From NCBI GenBank assembly GCA_038883775.1, contig JAVZLM010000002.1, positions 64,001 to 128,000 on the forward strand: 64,000 nt of DNA, read 5' to 3'. This DNA comes from Candidatus Bathyarchaeia archaeon (GTDB taxonomy: Archaea; Thermoproteota; Bathyarchaeia; Bathyarchaeales; Bathycorpusculaceae). The notes below the pieces were generated by a model. It had not been told where the DNA came from, searched no databases, and saw only the letters and a list, made by a program, of their open reading frames with translations. Shown piece by piece: positions 46,690 to 56,885 of the stretch. The first letter of the stretch is position 1. The number at the start of each line of letters is the position of its first letter. A program made the position numbers and the translations under genes.

Positions 46690-47996
46690 TTTTGTGCTAT
46701 GCTTTTTGCGTACTTTTCTGTTTCAGAAAACAGTTTTTCTATGTCGGCTTTTGCGTGGGCTGTGCATAATGTGCCATTATGTGTTGGGAGGAAGAACACG
46801 CCATTAGCAATTAATTTAGAGTGATAATCGGCAAGTTTCTTTCTATCAGCCCTAAAAACGGCATTAACATCTTTCAACTCTTCCTTTGTAAAGTGAACGT
46901 TAAAAATGGAGCCTGTCCCTGCAACTTGCACATCTATGCCTTTTGCCTCAAAAATTTCGGTTAGTTGCTCTCGTATTTTGTCTCCAAGCTTATTTAGCCT
47001 ATTTATTAATTTGCCATCTTCCAAAAGTTTCAGCGTCGCCAAACCCGCCGTCATTGTTATTGGGTTTGCAGCAAAAGTTCCGCCGTGGAAAGAGTATTGA
47101 GGTCGTTGGTAGCGGAGCGTGTCAACTTTCTCCATTATTTCTGCTGGTCCACAAAAGGCGCCTATGGGGAAGCCTCCCCCTAAAATTTTTCCGAGAACTG
47201 TTATGTCGGGTTTTACGCCGAAATATTGTTCAACTCCACCAGGCGCCAAACGGAATCCAGTAATCACCTCATCCACAATGAGCAGTGTTCCTTTTTCGTC
47301 GCATAATTCCCTAAGCCCTTTCAAGAATTCTTTTTCTGCAAACACACCCCCGCCGACACCAAGGACTGGTTCGATTAGGATGGCGGCAACTTCTTCATTT
47401 TTGAGTTTCTTTCTAACTCCTTCAAGGTTGTTATATGGCAAAACGATGGTGTCTTGAAGCGCTCCTTTCGTCAAACCTGCGGATTCTGGAATGTCTAATG
47501 GTGGTTTGACTGCCACGTGAAGTGCATCGTAGCCTCCATGCCATCCTCCTTCAAATTTTGCAATTTTGTTTCTTCCAGTGTATGCTCTCGCTAGGCGTAT
47601 GGCGTACATGTTTGCTTCTGTTCCAGAATTGGTGAAGCGAACCATTTTAGCGCTTGGAATCATTTTCGCAACTTGCTCTGCTAAGGCAATTTCAAGTTCA
47701 TGAGCCGTACCATAATGGGTGCCATTTTCAATTTGTCTTTTAACCGCTTTTACTACGGCTGGTGGACTGTGACCAAGGATGAGCGCTGTGTGTCCAAGCC
47801 AAAAGTCTATGTAAATGTTGCCATCAACATCGTAAAGTTTGCTTCCTTTAGCTTTGGCAACATAAAATGGGTATGGCTCAAAATATCTTATGGCGTATGA
47901 AACGCCTGCAGGAAGAACTCTCTTAGCTCGTTCGTAGAGGGCTTTGGATTTTTGAGTTTTTGAAATATAATCCTCAAACATACAGGTTCCTTCCAT
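46686..47996 (-). CDS. Class III PLP aminotransferase (glutamate-1-semialdehyde aminomutase-like)
   Basis: FTNSGTEA, KFEGGWHG, DEVITGFR, GKILGGGFPIG, GTFAANP. Confidence 0.88.
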   Translation of the reverse strand: MEGTCMFEDYISKTQKSKALYERAKRVLPAGVSYAIRYFEPYPFYVAKAKGSKLYDVDGNIYIDFWLGHTALILGHSPPAVVKAVKRQIENGTHYGTAHELEIALAEQVAKMIPSAKMVRFTNSGTEANMYAIRLARAYTGRNKIAKFEGGWHGGYDALHVAVKPPLDIPESAGLTKGALQDTIVLPYNNLEGVRKKLKNEEVAAILIEPVLGVGGGVFAEKEFLKGLRELCDEKGTLLIVDEVITGFRLAPGGVEQYFGVKPDITVLGKILGGGFPIGAFCGPAEIMEKVDTLRYQRPQYSFHGGTFAANPITMTAGLATLKLLEDGKLINRLNKLGDKIREQLTEIFEAKGIDVQVAGTGSIFNVHFTKEELKDVNAVFRADRKKLADYHSKLIANGVFFLPTHNGTLCTAHAKADIEKLFSETEKYAKSIAQN

Positions 47997-48075
47997 TTTT
48001 AAGATTGGGTGAAATTGTTATTTTAGGTCAATAAGCCTTATTTAAAGTTCACTGCAAGCCTATAAAATTTCATTT

Positions 48076-48792
48076 TTAATTTTTCGGGATTGGCATTTTT
48101 CCTAAGGCAACTTTCACGACAGTTTGAGCTAATATTTGCATTGGGTCAACAACCGGTTTGGTTACGTCTCCATCTTTTAACACAAGCGACGTTTCTGTGC
48201 ATCCACAAATTATTACGTCAGCGCCAAATTCAATGAGATGGTTAGCCACATCAACCACAAATTTTTTGCCTTCCAAAATTTTTCCAGCCTTTATGTAATC
48301 ATATATGGCTTCCATAATCATTTTTTGAAACGCTTTAGATGGGTAAACCATCTCAATGCCAAATTTGTTCAACGATTTATCGAACAACTTGCTCTTAACT
48401 GTTCCAATGGTGCCCAAAAGACCAGCCCTTTTCGCTTTAGGGAAATTTTTGCTTATGTTTTGCGCTGTCAATTCAACCATATTTAATATGGGAATTTTTA
48501 CGCTCCTTTTTAACTCTTCAAAGTAGTGGTGACCGGTTATGCATGGCATTACGATGAAATCTGCTCCAGCCTTCTCCAGATTCTTAGCCGTCTTAATCAT
48601 CTCTGGCAGTGGGCTTGGTCCTTCGCCCAATATTGCTGCGGTTCTATCTGGTATCTTTGGATTACTATCCACAATTACTCTAAGGTGTTCCTGGTCTTTT
48701 TTGGCTGGGGTTTCCCTAATTATCCTAATAAACAAGTCAGCGGTAGCTTCTGGGCCCATTCCACCCAATATTCCAATAACCTTTTCTTTCAA
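48076..48792 (-). CDS. Aspartate/glutamate racemase family protein
   Basis: IGILGGMGPEAT, IPDRT, MPCIT and CGCTE catalytic cysteines; probable TTG start at 48792. Confidence 0.9.
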   Translation of the reverse strand: MKEKVIGILGGMGPEATADLFIRIIRETPAKKDQEHLRVIVDSNPKIPDRTAAILGEGPSPLPEMIKTAKNLEKAGADFIVMPCITGHHYFEELKRSVKIPILNMVELTAQNISKNFPKAKRAGLLGTIGTVKSKLFDKSLNKFGIEMVYPSKAFQKMIMEAIYDYIKAGKILEGKKFVVDVANHLIEFGADVIICGCTETSLVLKDGDVTKPVVDPMQILAQTVVKVALGKMPIPKN

Positions 48793-48988
48793 ATTATTCC
48801 CTTCAAATTTTATGAAGGATATCCAACATTTTAGGTTTTTGCGGAAGTTTCTTATTATGGTTATGTAAAAGTTTAAATAAGATGAAAATATGTTTGAAAA
48901 GTCAGAGTATTTCATAGAAAGGCTTTTAAATACTCCTAAAACGGCTAAAATTTTTGTTTTTTTTATGCTTATTTTTGGGGAAAAATAA

Positions 48989-49645
48989 TTGAATATTGAA
49001 ATAAATTTGATAATTTCCATATTAAAATTGACTAAAAATGGTTCTGTTTCAAAAGAAATAGTTAAAAATAATGCAAGAGTTTCGTCTCAAATATTTGAAA
49101 AATTGCTAGAAGAATTGCAAAATCAAGACTTTATTTATCTGACAAAAAGTTTTGTGGACGCTGATGCCCTTCAGCGTCTTAAATTGGCTGTTTATGCCAT
49201 AGAGTTGGGCGCCGACTTTGAAAGAGTTTGCAGTTTTCTTGGTTGGAGAGAGTTTGAAGGCATGGCTTCTGTAATTCTTGAGAGGAATAGCTACGTCGTA
49301 AAGCAAAATTTTTGGTTTAAGCATTTTGGCAAAAGGTGGGAGATAGATGTTGTGGGTTACAAGAAACCCATTGTCTTATGTGTTGACTGCAAACATTGGC
49401 GTTATGGGATGCGTCCATCCGCTTTAAAGAAGATTGCGGAAGAACAAAAGAAAAGAACTATTGCTTTGGTTGAGTCTTTGTTAACTCTTGTTGGAAAATT
49501 TGAATTTGCCTCTTGGAATAATGTCAAAATCGTCCCAGCAGTTTTGTCGCTTGTTCCTGGAAGGTTCAAATTTTATAATGAAGTGCCCATAGTTCCGGTT
49601 CTTCAGTTTCAAGATTTCATAAATCAGCTGCCAGCTTACGCATAA
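48989..49645 (+). CDS. wHTH + PD-(D/E)XK restriction-endonuclease-like (Mrr/NERD) protein
   Basis: WREFE, WEIDVVG, CVDCKHW. Confidence 0.78.
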   Translation: MNIEINLIISILKLTKNGSVSKEIVKNNARVSSQIFEKLLEELQNQDFIYLTKSFVDADALQRLKLAVYAIELGADFERVCSFLGWREFEGMASVILERNSYVVKQNFWFKHFGKRWEIDVVGYKKPIVLCVDCKHWRYGMRPSALKKIAEEQKKRTIALVESLLTLVGKFEFASWNNVKIVPAVLSLVPGRFKFYNEVPIVPVLQFQDFINQLPAYA

Positions 49646-49696
49646 ATTGTTAACTTTATTTTTTAGATTTCCAAATTATTATTTTGAAGTGGGTGA

Positions 49697-50371
49697 ATGG
49701 GCGTAAGCATTATTATCCCAACTTTGAATGAGGAAAAATTGCTACCCATTGTATTGCGGCACTTACAGAAATATGAAGTCATAGTAGTGAATGGAGGGAG
49801 TAAAGATAAAACAGTGGAAATAGCAAAAAATTTTGGAGCCTTAGTCATAGTTTCTAACAAAAACATTCCAATTTCAAGGAATATTGGTTCAAAATTGGCT
49901 CACAATGAAATTCTCATACAATTAGATGCGGACACAATCTTAACTGAAGATTTAGTCTCTGAAATTGAAAAAGTGATGCAAGACAAGCAAGTTTCTGGCG
50001 GAACATTTCGGTTATATCCTTATGATGGTTCTTGGTATCATACGCTGTTTCTAACAACAACAGCTTTAGTTTCAAAATTGTTTGAAGGAGTGCCAGTATC
50101 CTGTAAGCCCAGAGTTTCTGGTTCAATAATTTTTATGCGGAAAAGCGCCTTTAACCGTGTAGGCGGTTATTGGGAAAATCCAGTGGCAGAAGACCAGCAT
50201 ATAGCCAAAAGATTGGCGTCAGTTGGCAAGTTTGTGGTTATCATTAAAAAGGTGGTTCCTACCTCCGCGAGGCGTTGGATTAAGTGGGGGTTCTTTAAGG
50301 CTATAGCAATAATGATGGTTAACTCTTGGATGGCTGTTATGTTTGATAAAACTTTGCTAAAAAACTGGTGA
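49697..50371 (+). CDS. Family 2 glycosyltransferase
   Basis: SIIIPTLNEE, GGSKDKT, LDAD, ED, TSARRW. Confidence 0.88.
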   Translation: MGVSIIIPTLNEEKLLPIVLRHLQKYEVIVVNGGSKDKTVEIAKNFGALVIVSNKNIPISRNIGSKLAHNEILIQLDADTILTEDLVSEIEKVMQDKQVSGGTFRLYPYDGSWYHTLFLTTTALVSKLFEGVPVSCKPRVSGSIIFMRKSAFNRVGGYWENPVAEDQHIAKRLASVGKFVVIIKKVVPTSARRWIKWGFFKAIAIMMVNSWMAVMFDKTLLKNW

Positions 50372-50387
50372 AAAAGGGCGCATAAAC

Positions 50388-50657
50388 TTAACCAGTTAAC
50401 TCAACCTTTGTTCCTAAGGCTTGACCTGGCAAGCCCCTCCTAAACCTTACTCTTACAAGCCCTTTTTTGCCATGTAAAGCCACTATTTTCCCAACAAACC
50501 TATTTTTCCCATTCTTCCAAGCAACCTTACGCCCTATGAGTCTTCCTGCTTCAGAAAAGGATTTCACGTGGTCGAATTGAACTATACATTCCTTTGATTT
50601 TTGAGTTTTTGGACCGACACGATAATTCAAGATTGTTCCTTGAAATTTCTGAACCAT
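50388..50657 (-). CDS. rpl35ae: 50S ribosomal protein L35Ae
   Basis: LIGRKVAW...GKIVALHGKKGLVRVRFRRGLPGQALG. Confidence 0.93.
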   Translation of the reverse strand: MVQKFQGTILNYRVGPKTQKSKECIVQFDHVKSFSEAGRLIGRKVAWKNGKNRFVGKIVALHGKKGLVRVRFRRGLPGQALGTKVELTG

Positions 50658-50713
50658 AAGCTCTTCACCTCCACCAGAGCTTTCAAAATATGTTGAAATT
50701 TTCCTTTTTAGGA

Positions 50714-52588
50714 TTACGCCATAACTTCAATTGGAGGCTTCTTTGAAAACTTTATTGCTGGAAGTAAACTGAAAACAAAAGTTATCGCTAAGGCTGTTAA
50801 AAGCCACCCTGCTATTTCAATTATGGTTACAAGCGTAATCAAAGGATCAGGAACCAAAATCAGCAAGGTTATGATTATTCCGAAAGCTATTCCAAGGGCA
50901 TAACTTGACAATAAAACTATTAGGCTTTGCCATGAAACAATTTTTAAAACAGTTTTTGGTTTCGCTCCCAAAGCTCTTAAAACGCCGAATTCTTGGCGCT
51001 GTTCAGTTAGGATAAGCATTATATAGCATATTAAGCACAGAGAAGCGGATGCCAAAGAGAATAATGGCAGAAAAAGGATTATGGACCAAACATAACCCAG
51101 AAAATCAACGTTCTCTTTTAAGATTTGGTTAAGCTCAAAAACCTCATAGTTTGAATTTATTTTGGTAGCATTCGCCTTTATCCTATTCAAAATTTCTGCT
51201 CGATTGTTTAAAGCCCCAATCTTAACTAATACGATGTTGATTTTTAATATGCCAGTGACATTCTGTAAATCCTTTAAAGGCACGTATGTGACATTTCCGT
51301 TATTTAATGGATCAACGCAAACGCCTGCGATGCCAAAGGACCTATTTGACTGAATCCCAAATATTATTAATTCTTGTTTTAATGGCATAGTGAACATTTT
51401 ATGAGCTATTGAATCGCCTATTACCGCTTCCCATGGCCTGTTTTCTTTAAGGAATTCTCCATCTAAAAACCAATCAGCAAGCACTTTTTCTGGTTCGACG
51501 CCCACTACCAATGATGTGCCTTCTCGGTTTTTACCCACAGAGATTGTGGCGCCAGTTTCAGGGTTGAAAATGTAACCCGGAACTTCTCTGATTTTTGCTT
51601 CAACAATTAAGCGCATGTCAATGCCCACAATCTCAGATGTTTGACTTAATTGGCTGAGAAGCTCGTCTGAGAGCAAGTATTTGTTGTCTGTATAGTTGAA
51701 CTGAGAGAGTTTTTTTACTTCGTAAAATTTCGACAATAATAGCCTATATTGGTTGCACATTTCTTGATGAGCTATAACGATTATGTCTTTGCCAATCGCC
51801 CCTTCAACCCAGCTTTTCGTTGTTTGGTCAGCGATTATTCCACCAGCAACCGCCACAGTGGCTAAGATAAATGTTGTTGTTAGGCATGATAGGATGCGTA
51901 TGGTTGCCCACTTACGTCGGAACAGGCTTCGCATGGCAATTTTTATGGTTAAGCCTATTTTTGAAACGATTTTGAACCCAGGCTCTTTGCTCATGCCTAA
52001 ATAGTATGTTGGCGATAAAGCTTTTGCTGTTTCAATTTTCGTTGCATCCAATATTGGCTTGGCTCCAAAAATTAATGCAAGAACAAAGTATATGGCAAAC
52101 ACAAGTAGAACAATCCAAAAATTGATTGGCTTTTGCGAAATCTGAAAGGCAGAAGCTGTTAAAATGTTTGTTATGGCGAAGTCTGCCACTATTCCTAAAA
52201 CGACGCCTAGAAAACAGCCGAGAAAGGTTACTATTAGGAGTTCATTCATGAAATATCCGAAAATGAGGTCGTTTGGGCAGCCAGCAGCCTTCATTAACCC
52301 AATATCCCTAATTCTCTGGGACATCATGACAAAAACCATGAAAGAAACAATTAATGCTCCAATGACGAAAATTAGGATTCCAATGAATATTATGAAACGG
52401 GATAGGGCTATTGACAAGCCCGCTGTTAACGTTCCTTCAGTCATAAGAGATATTCCAAAGCCTATTTTATCACAGAAAATTAGCAGGAAAAGGGTTGAGG
52501 CAACACATAACGTTAAACTTATGACTATTAGGCTTGTCTGAAGTTTTCTTCGAAATAAATCGTTTACTGGGAAAAAGGTTTCACTCAA
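50714..52588 (-). CDS. ABC transporter permease with two FtsX-like domains
   Basis: QRIRDIGLMKAAG and EQRQEFGVLRALG repeats, large extracellular loop. Confidence 0.88.
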   Translation of the reverse strand: MSETFFPVNDLFRRKLQTSLIVISLTLCVASTLFLLIFCDKIGFGISLMTEGTLTAGLSIALSRFIIFIGILIFVIGALIVSFMVFVMMSQRIRDIGLMKAAGCPNDLIFGYFMNELLIVTFLGCFLGVVLGIVADFAITNILTASAFQISQKPINFWIVLLVFAIYFVLALIFGAKPILDATKIETAKALSPTYYLGMSKEPGFKIVSKIGLTIKIAMRSLFRRKWATIRILSCLTTTFILATVAVAGGIIADQTTKSWVEGAIGKDIIVIAHQEMCNQYRLLLSKFYEVKKLSQFNYTDNKYLLSDELLSQLSQTSEIVGIDMRLIVEAKIREVPGYIFNPETGATISVGKNREGTSLVVGVEPEKVLADWFLDGEFLKENRPWEAVIGDSIAHKMFTMPLKQELIIFGIQSNRSFGIAGVCVDPLNNGNVTYVPLKDLQNVTGILKINIVLVKIGALNNRAEILNRIKANATKINSNYEVFELNQILKENVDFLGYVWSIILFLPLFSLASASLCLICYIMLILTEQRQEFGVLRALGAKPKTVLKIVSWQSLIVLLSSYALGIAFGIIITLLILVPDPLITLVTIIEIAGWLLTALAITFVFSLLPAIKFSKKPPIEVMA

Positions 52589-53270
52589 CAGGATTTACCA
52601 GCTTTCCATCTTCCAAATACAACTTTTGATCTGCCAACCGTAATATGCGTTCATCATGGGTTGCCACAATAATTGTCTTCCCACTCTCCTTCAGTTTTTG
52701 GAGTATCCCAACAATTTTTACGCTTGTTTTCGCGTCCAAATTTCCAGTAGGTTCATCAGCCAGAACCAATGGTGGATCATTTGCCAAGGCACGGGCGAAG
52801 GCTACTCGTTGCTGTTCTCCGCCGCTTAGTTGTGAGGGAAAATGTTCTGCTCTATGTTGTAAACCGACAATGTCTAAAAGTTCTCCAACCCGTTTTCTTA
52901 TTTGTTCTTCTGGTTTTCTCGCCCACTCCATTGGAAAGGCAATGTTCTCGGCAACCGTTAGAGTTGAAATGAGGTTGTAGGATTGGAACACAAAGCCAAC
53001 TTTGCGATTGCGAAAATTTGCCAAAAAATCCTCATCCTTAACGCCTAAATTCTTTCCAAAAACCAAAATCCTTCCACTTGTGGGCTTGTCAATGCCACCG
53101 ATAATGTTTAAAAGGGTGGTTTTTCCAGAACCCGATGGACCGCTTATAACTGTGAAATCTCCATCTTTAACATTAAAATTCACATTTTTTAAAGCTTCAA
53201 CCTTCAAATCGCCCATCTCATAAACCTTGCAAATATTAGATGCTAAAACAGCTATCTTTTCGGTTGGCAT
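52581..53270 (-). CDS. ABC transporter ATP-binding protein (LolD/MacB-type)
   Basis: GPSGSGKT, LSGGEQQRVAFARA, LADEPTGNLD. Confidence 0.93.
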   Translation of the reverse strand: MPTEKIAVLASNICKVYEMGDLKVEALKNVNFNVKDGDFTVISGPSGSGKTTLLNIIGGIDKPTSGRILVFGKNLGVKDEDFLANFRNRKVGFVFQSYNLISTLTVAENIAFPMEWARKPEEQIRKRVGELLDIVGLQHRAEHFPSQLSGGEQQRVAFARALANDPPLVLADEPTGNLDAKTSVKIVGILQKLKESGKTIIVATHDERILRLADQKLYLEDGKLVNPVE

Positions 53271-53274
53271 CTGC

Positions 53275-53703
53275 CTAACTTTCCTCTAGGTTAAAGTTTC
53301 CCCTGTCCCTTTTTAGGATTCTCGCCTTTTCAGGAATTCGCCCTTTCTCCCAATCTTTCCAGCTAATCTCCTTAAAAATCCATTTTTTCCCGAGATGCGC
53401 CGCAAGCACAGCATGTTTATGCTCTTTTTCTATTGGAATTAGTTCTTCAAGGAATCTGAAAAGTTTCTCAATTTGTTGTTTTGGAAAGTAAGCGTAATAG
53501 CTGGCGTTTTTCACCTCAAAAGCGTAAATTTCAGAATTTTTTCTTGCAATGACATCGGGCAATGGGTTGAGGCTTGGATTGCTTACTGGAACCCGAACTG
53601 CGTTATAACCATTTTTTGTTAAAAGTTTTACAAGGACGTTTTCGCTGTAAAAGCCCCTTTTGCGCCATCTGCGGAGCTCAGCCTTATCAATTTCTCTAAT
53701 CAT
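53275..53703 (-). CDS. Holliday junction resolvase-like (Hjc/Hje) PD-(D/E)XK nuclease
   Basis: G..SE..LV..L...GY.AVRVPVS...PLPDVIA...AFEVK. Confidence 0.75.
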   Translation of the reverse strand: MIREIDKAELRRWRKRGFYSENVLVKLLTKNGYNAVRVPVSNPSLNPLPDVIARKNSEIYAFEVKNASYYAYFPKQQIEKLFRFLEELIPIEKEHKHAVLAAHLGKKWIFKEISWKDWEKGRIPEKARILKRDRGNFNLEES

Positions 53704-53777
53704 AGTCTATTCCCTATGGTCTTAAATGGACGTAGACTTCTTTAACATTACAAGGCTAAAAGAATTATCCAAAACCT

Positions 53778-56066
53778 TTAGGATTTTTTGCGTCTGTAAG
53801 CGTTTTGAATCCAGACTTTTATGGCTGGTTTCTCAATTAAACATTCTCTCAAGTAATCGTCTAACGTGGCTGCGGGCACAACCTCAATTTTATAATCCCT
53901 AACGTCTATGGAATGCTCAAAATTCTTTTGAGGAATAACCACCTTCTTGAAACCCCAAGCCTCAGCAGCCTTAATCTTCTCATAAACGCCGCCAACAGCC
54001 GTGATTTGAATAGAATCGCCAACACCCAAGTTTATTTCTCCAGTAACAGCCACATCCTGTCTTATAGGCTTGCCCTCAATAAGCGAACACAAAAGAATAG
54101 CCATAGTCACGCCAGCAGATGGACCATCCACACCATAAGACTGAGCGAAGTCTATATGTGTTAAATAGTCTTGGGCTATGTCAACACCATATTTCTGAAG
54201 AATGACGCTTCTAACTTTGGCTATGCTATCTGCAATGAAGCTTTGTCCTTTTGCAACGCCAGTCACTTTGTAATAGCCCTTAATTGGATAATTTCTTGGA
54301 AGCTCGCTTCTCTTTGCCATATTAGCCTTCACACATAAGACGCTTCCAGTCATCTCTCCACTGTATGGATCTTTAACAACAACCAAACCATAAATTTGCC
54401 CAAGCTTTGCTCCTTTAGGCTTTATTTCTAAAAGTTTGCCTCTTTCGCTGATTTCATGTTCCAGTATCTGTCTTTGAATTGTTTTGCAATGTTTTTCTAT
54501 GGCTTCTCGAACATGCCTTCTCTCAACAACCTTGCAGTCTTCGTTCATGGCTAGGGTTGCAGCCGTCTTGATAATTGAAATGAGTGGTCTAAACTTTGTT
54601 GTTAATGCATCTTTTTTATTACTTCTTCGTCTTCCTTCCTCAACAATTTCTTCGCAGGCTTCTCTGCTGAAGGGAATAAGGTTGAAGCGCTTAACTTCTT
54701 GCGCTATAAACTGCACATATTTTCGTCTGTTCTCTATGGTGTTTGGCATGTCATTATTCATTCTAACAACTTTTCCATAACCATAAATCCTATCCATAAG
54801 GGCAGGATGTATTTGGCTTATGCTGTCAAAGTTTCCAGCGCCCACAAGAAAAGTTATGGCTGGAACGGGTTCTGTGGAAACAGCCATTGCAGCTGTGTCG
54901 CCGCCGTGCCATCTACCCCTCAAAGTGATTGGTAATCTTCCATCTTCAAGCATAGTTAAAAGCGTTACAGCCTCTTCTGGGTCCAAATTCTTAATCTCAT
55001 CAATATATAAGATTCCGAGCGATGCTCTGTGAACATCTCCAGCTGTAACTCTCTGATGTTCTGGAGTGCCTAAGCCTCCAGTTTGGTATGGGTCCCATGC
55101 TATTGAGCCGAAAAGTTGGGCGCTCCTATGCCCTGTGGCATCCACGAAGGGCGCATGTCCAGAACAATTGTCAACTATTAGTTTTGGAACGTCCGTCTGT
55201 TGAGAACCAGCTATGCCCTTAAGGTTTCCAAGTCCGCCAAGTTTTGAGAACCACCATATGAAGACTCCGAAGAAGATTAGGCTGCCGCCTGGAATGAAAG
55301 TTAGTGGCACTAAACCTACAAATTTGCCTATTAAATAGTCTAAGAAGCTGTAATTGTAATATTCTTGGAGGGGTTCTCCCAAAAACATTGGGTTGGCTTG
55401 CCAAGTTGCCCAAGCCTGATAAAGGAAGTAAAAACCTAAGGATATAAGGAAGAGTCCCATTAGAACTAGGAATATTTGTAATGTTTTGAGACCAACCTTT
55501 GTTATGAACTTTCTTTTAAGCTCTTTAAGCTGCTCCCTCTGGAGAATCTTTTTCCCCTCGCCAGCCTTATGGATTGAAATTTTCGGTTGGCTTGGCAGTG
55601 TCTGGTTTCTCCAGCAAAGCACATCAAAAAGTTTTATGCCATTCTCCTTGTAAACCTGCGTAAGTTTTTCAGCCAAGGCTCTGCCAATTAGGGATTTGCC
55701 TGTTCCAGGGTCGCCTAAAAGGAGAAGGTATGGTCCTGGGCTTATGACTGTTTTAGCTGAAGGTTTGGGTTTGTCTGGGTCGCTCCAGCTTTCATACCAT
55801 TTTGTTTCTTCAAGCCATTTAAGCTTGTGAACCCACTCGTCAAGACATAGGAAGCATTCTTTTAATGCTTGCTCTTGCCCAATAACCCAGTTTATTAGAT
55901 TGTCGTCTACCGGAAAGCCCTCGGTGCTTTCAAAGTTGCTCCAATCCCATTTTACCCTAACTTTTCTGCCGTTAACGTTCCTTTCAATTATCTCAACATC
56001 ATTTCCAAAAGGGTTAACTTGCAAACATGACAGCCTTCCCATATCCCCTATCACAAGACATGCCAC
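53778..56066 (-). CDS. lonB: Membrane-anchored archaeal ATP-dependent Lon protease (LonB architecture)
   Basis: VIGQEQA, GDPGTGKS, TM insert, HRASLGILYIDE, DGPSAG (Ser), AVTGEI, GGVYEK (Lys); start may be ATG 56042. Confidence 0.9.
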   Translation of the reverse strand: MACLVIGDMGRLSCLQVNPFGNDVEIIERNVNGRKVRVKWDWSNFESTEGFPVDDNLINWVIGQEQALKECFLCLDEWVHKLKWLEETKWYESWSDPDKPKPSAKTVISPGPYLLLLGDPGTGKSLIGRALAEKLTQVYKENGIKLFDVLCWRNQTLPSQPKISIHKAGEGKKILQREQLKELKRKFITKVGLKTLQIFLVLMGLFLISLGFYFLYQAWATWQANPMFLGEPLQEYYNYSFLDYLIGKFVGLVPLTFIPGGSLIFFGVFIWWFSKLGGLGNLKGIAGSQQTDVPKLIVDNCSGHAPFVDATGHRSAQLFGSIAWDPYQTGGLGTPEHQRVTAGDVHRASLGILYIDEIKNLDPEEAVTLLTMLEDGRLPITLRGRWHGGDTAAMAVSTEPVPAITFLVGAGNFDSISQIHPALMDRIYGYGKVVRMNNDMPNTIENRRKYVQFIAQEVKRFNLIPFSREACEEIVEEGRRRSNKKDALTTKFRPLISIIKTAATLAMNEDCKVVERRHVREAIEKHCKTIQRQILEHEISERGKLLEIKPKGAKLGQIYGLVVVKDPYSGEMTGSVLCVKANMAKRSELPRNYPIKGYYKVTGVAKGQSFIADSIAKVRSVILQKYGVDIAQDYLTHIDFAQSYGVDGPSAGVTMAILLCSLIEGKPIRQDVAVTGEINLGVGDSIQITAVGGVYEKIKAAEAWGFKKVVIPQKNFEHSIDVRDYKIEVVPAATLDDYLRECLIEKPAIKVWIQNAYRRKKS

Positions 56067-56315
56067 TGAATTATTATAGAGGTTATTTCAAAATTTGCAA
56101 TATGAAAAAACCAATAACATGAAATAAAATGAAGAGAACCCGTTTGTTTTATTTTCCAATTTTAACCAAAATTTCGCCATTTTCACCAATTAAAAACTAA
56201 ATTCTAATCTGTTAAAAATCGAATATGCCCTAAAGTAAAAACGACCGCTTCCCTCTTCTAAAACAGAAAATCTTTAAGCCAAATTCAAGCCCCAAAACAA
56301 AAAAGAAGCCAAATT

Positions 56316-56477
56316 CAGCCTTTTCCAAAAAGCCCACAAAACCAAAGCATGGACTTAACCGTGGCCTCATACAAAAACCGACGAAAATCTCCATAGCAAG
56401 CCTTCGTCGATACCCTTCGTTAATGCTTCGATTTTGTTGGCTTTAAATTGTGTGCGAGGATTTCTGGATAAGAGCTG
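56316..56477. repeat. Nested imperfect inverted repeats (candidate structured RNA or MITE-like element)
   Basis: 56329-56354 matches the reverse complement of 56419-56444 at 21/26; inner CGACGAA/TTCGTCG; outer CAGCCTTTTCCA ~ TGGATAAGAGCTG. Confidence 0.5.
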
Positions 56478-56885
56478 CTTTCCAAGTTTCACTTTATGCA
56501 GGCGCTTTTGCCATGAAAGGTGACAGCTTCAGTTTATGCTTTCGTATACTAAATGGGTTGACTAAACTTTCTTAAAAGGGGGTTGTCACGAGGTGTGAAA
56601 TGGGCGGAAATTGATTTTTGAAAGGAGCTTTTTTCTGGCTTATTTTGAATGAATGCTTCAAGTTGTTTTGTTTAGTGTAGGCTATATGGTCAATATTTTT
56701 TGGTCTTTAAGATTAATTTTTTACTTTTTGGTAATTTTGGTGATTTTAGTATTACCATTCGATTTTATGTTTCACCAGCACTCTCCAGAATGGAGCCTGT
56801 TAAAACGCCGTATACAAAAGCATCAACGCAACTTCCAATTTTAGAGGCGGAAAATGAAATAAACTTCTTTAGCTAATTTTGTTTT

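Noticed and set aside
48793-49020. N-terminal extension of the racemase in the ORF track
   Set aside because: Low-complexity AT-rich translation overlapping the divergent gene; the family starts at (M)KEKVIGILGGMG
48989-50371. AT-rich nuclease + glycosyltransferase as a defence island
   Set aside because: No methyltransferase, mobility gene or boundary repeats; flanked by housekeeping genes
56653-56844. 63-aa hydrophobic ORF
   Set aside because: Its hydrophobicity follows from local T-richness; no motif or clear RBS
56067-56885. Replication origin
   Set aside because: No convincing ORB repeats and no adjacent orc1/cdc6; kept only as an unexplained structured region
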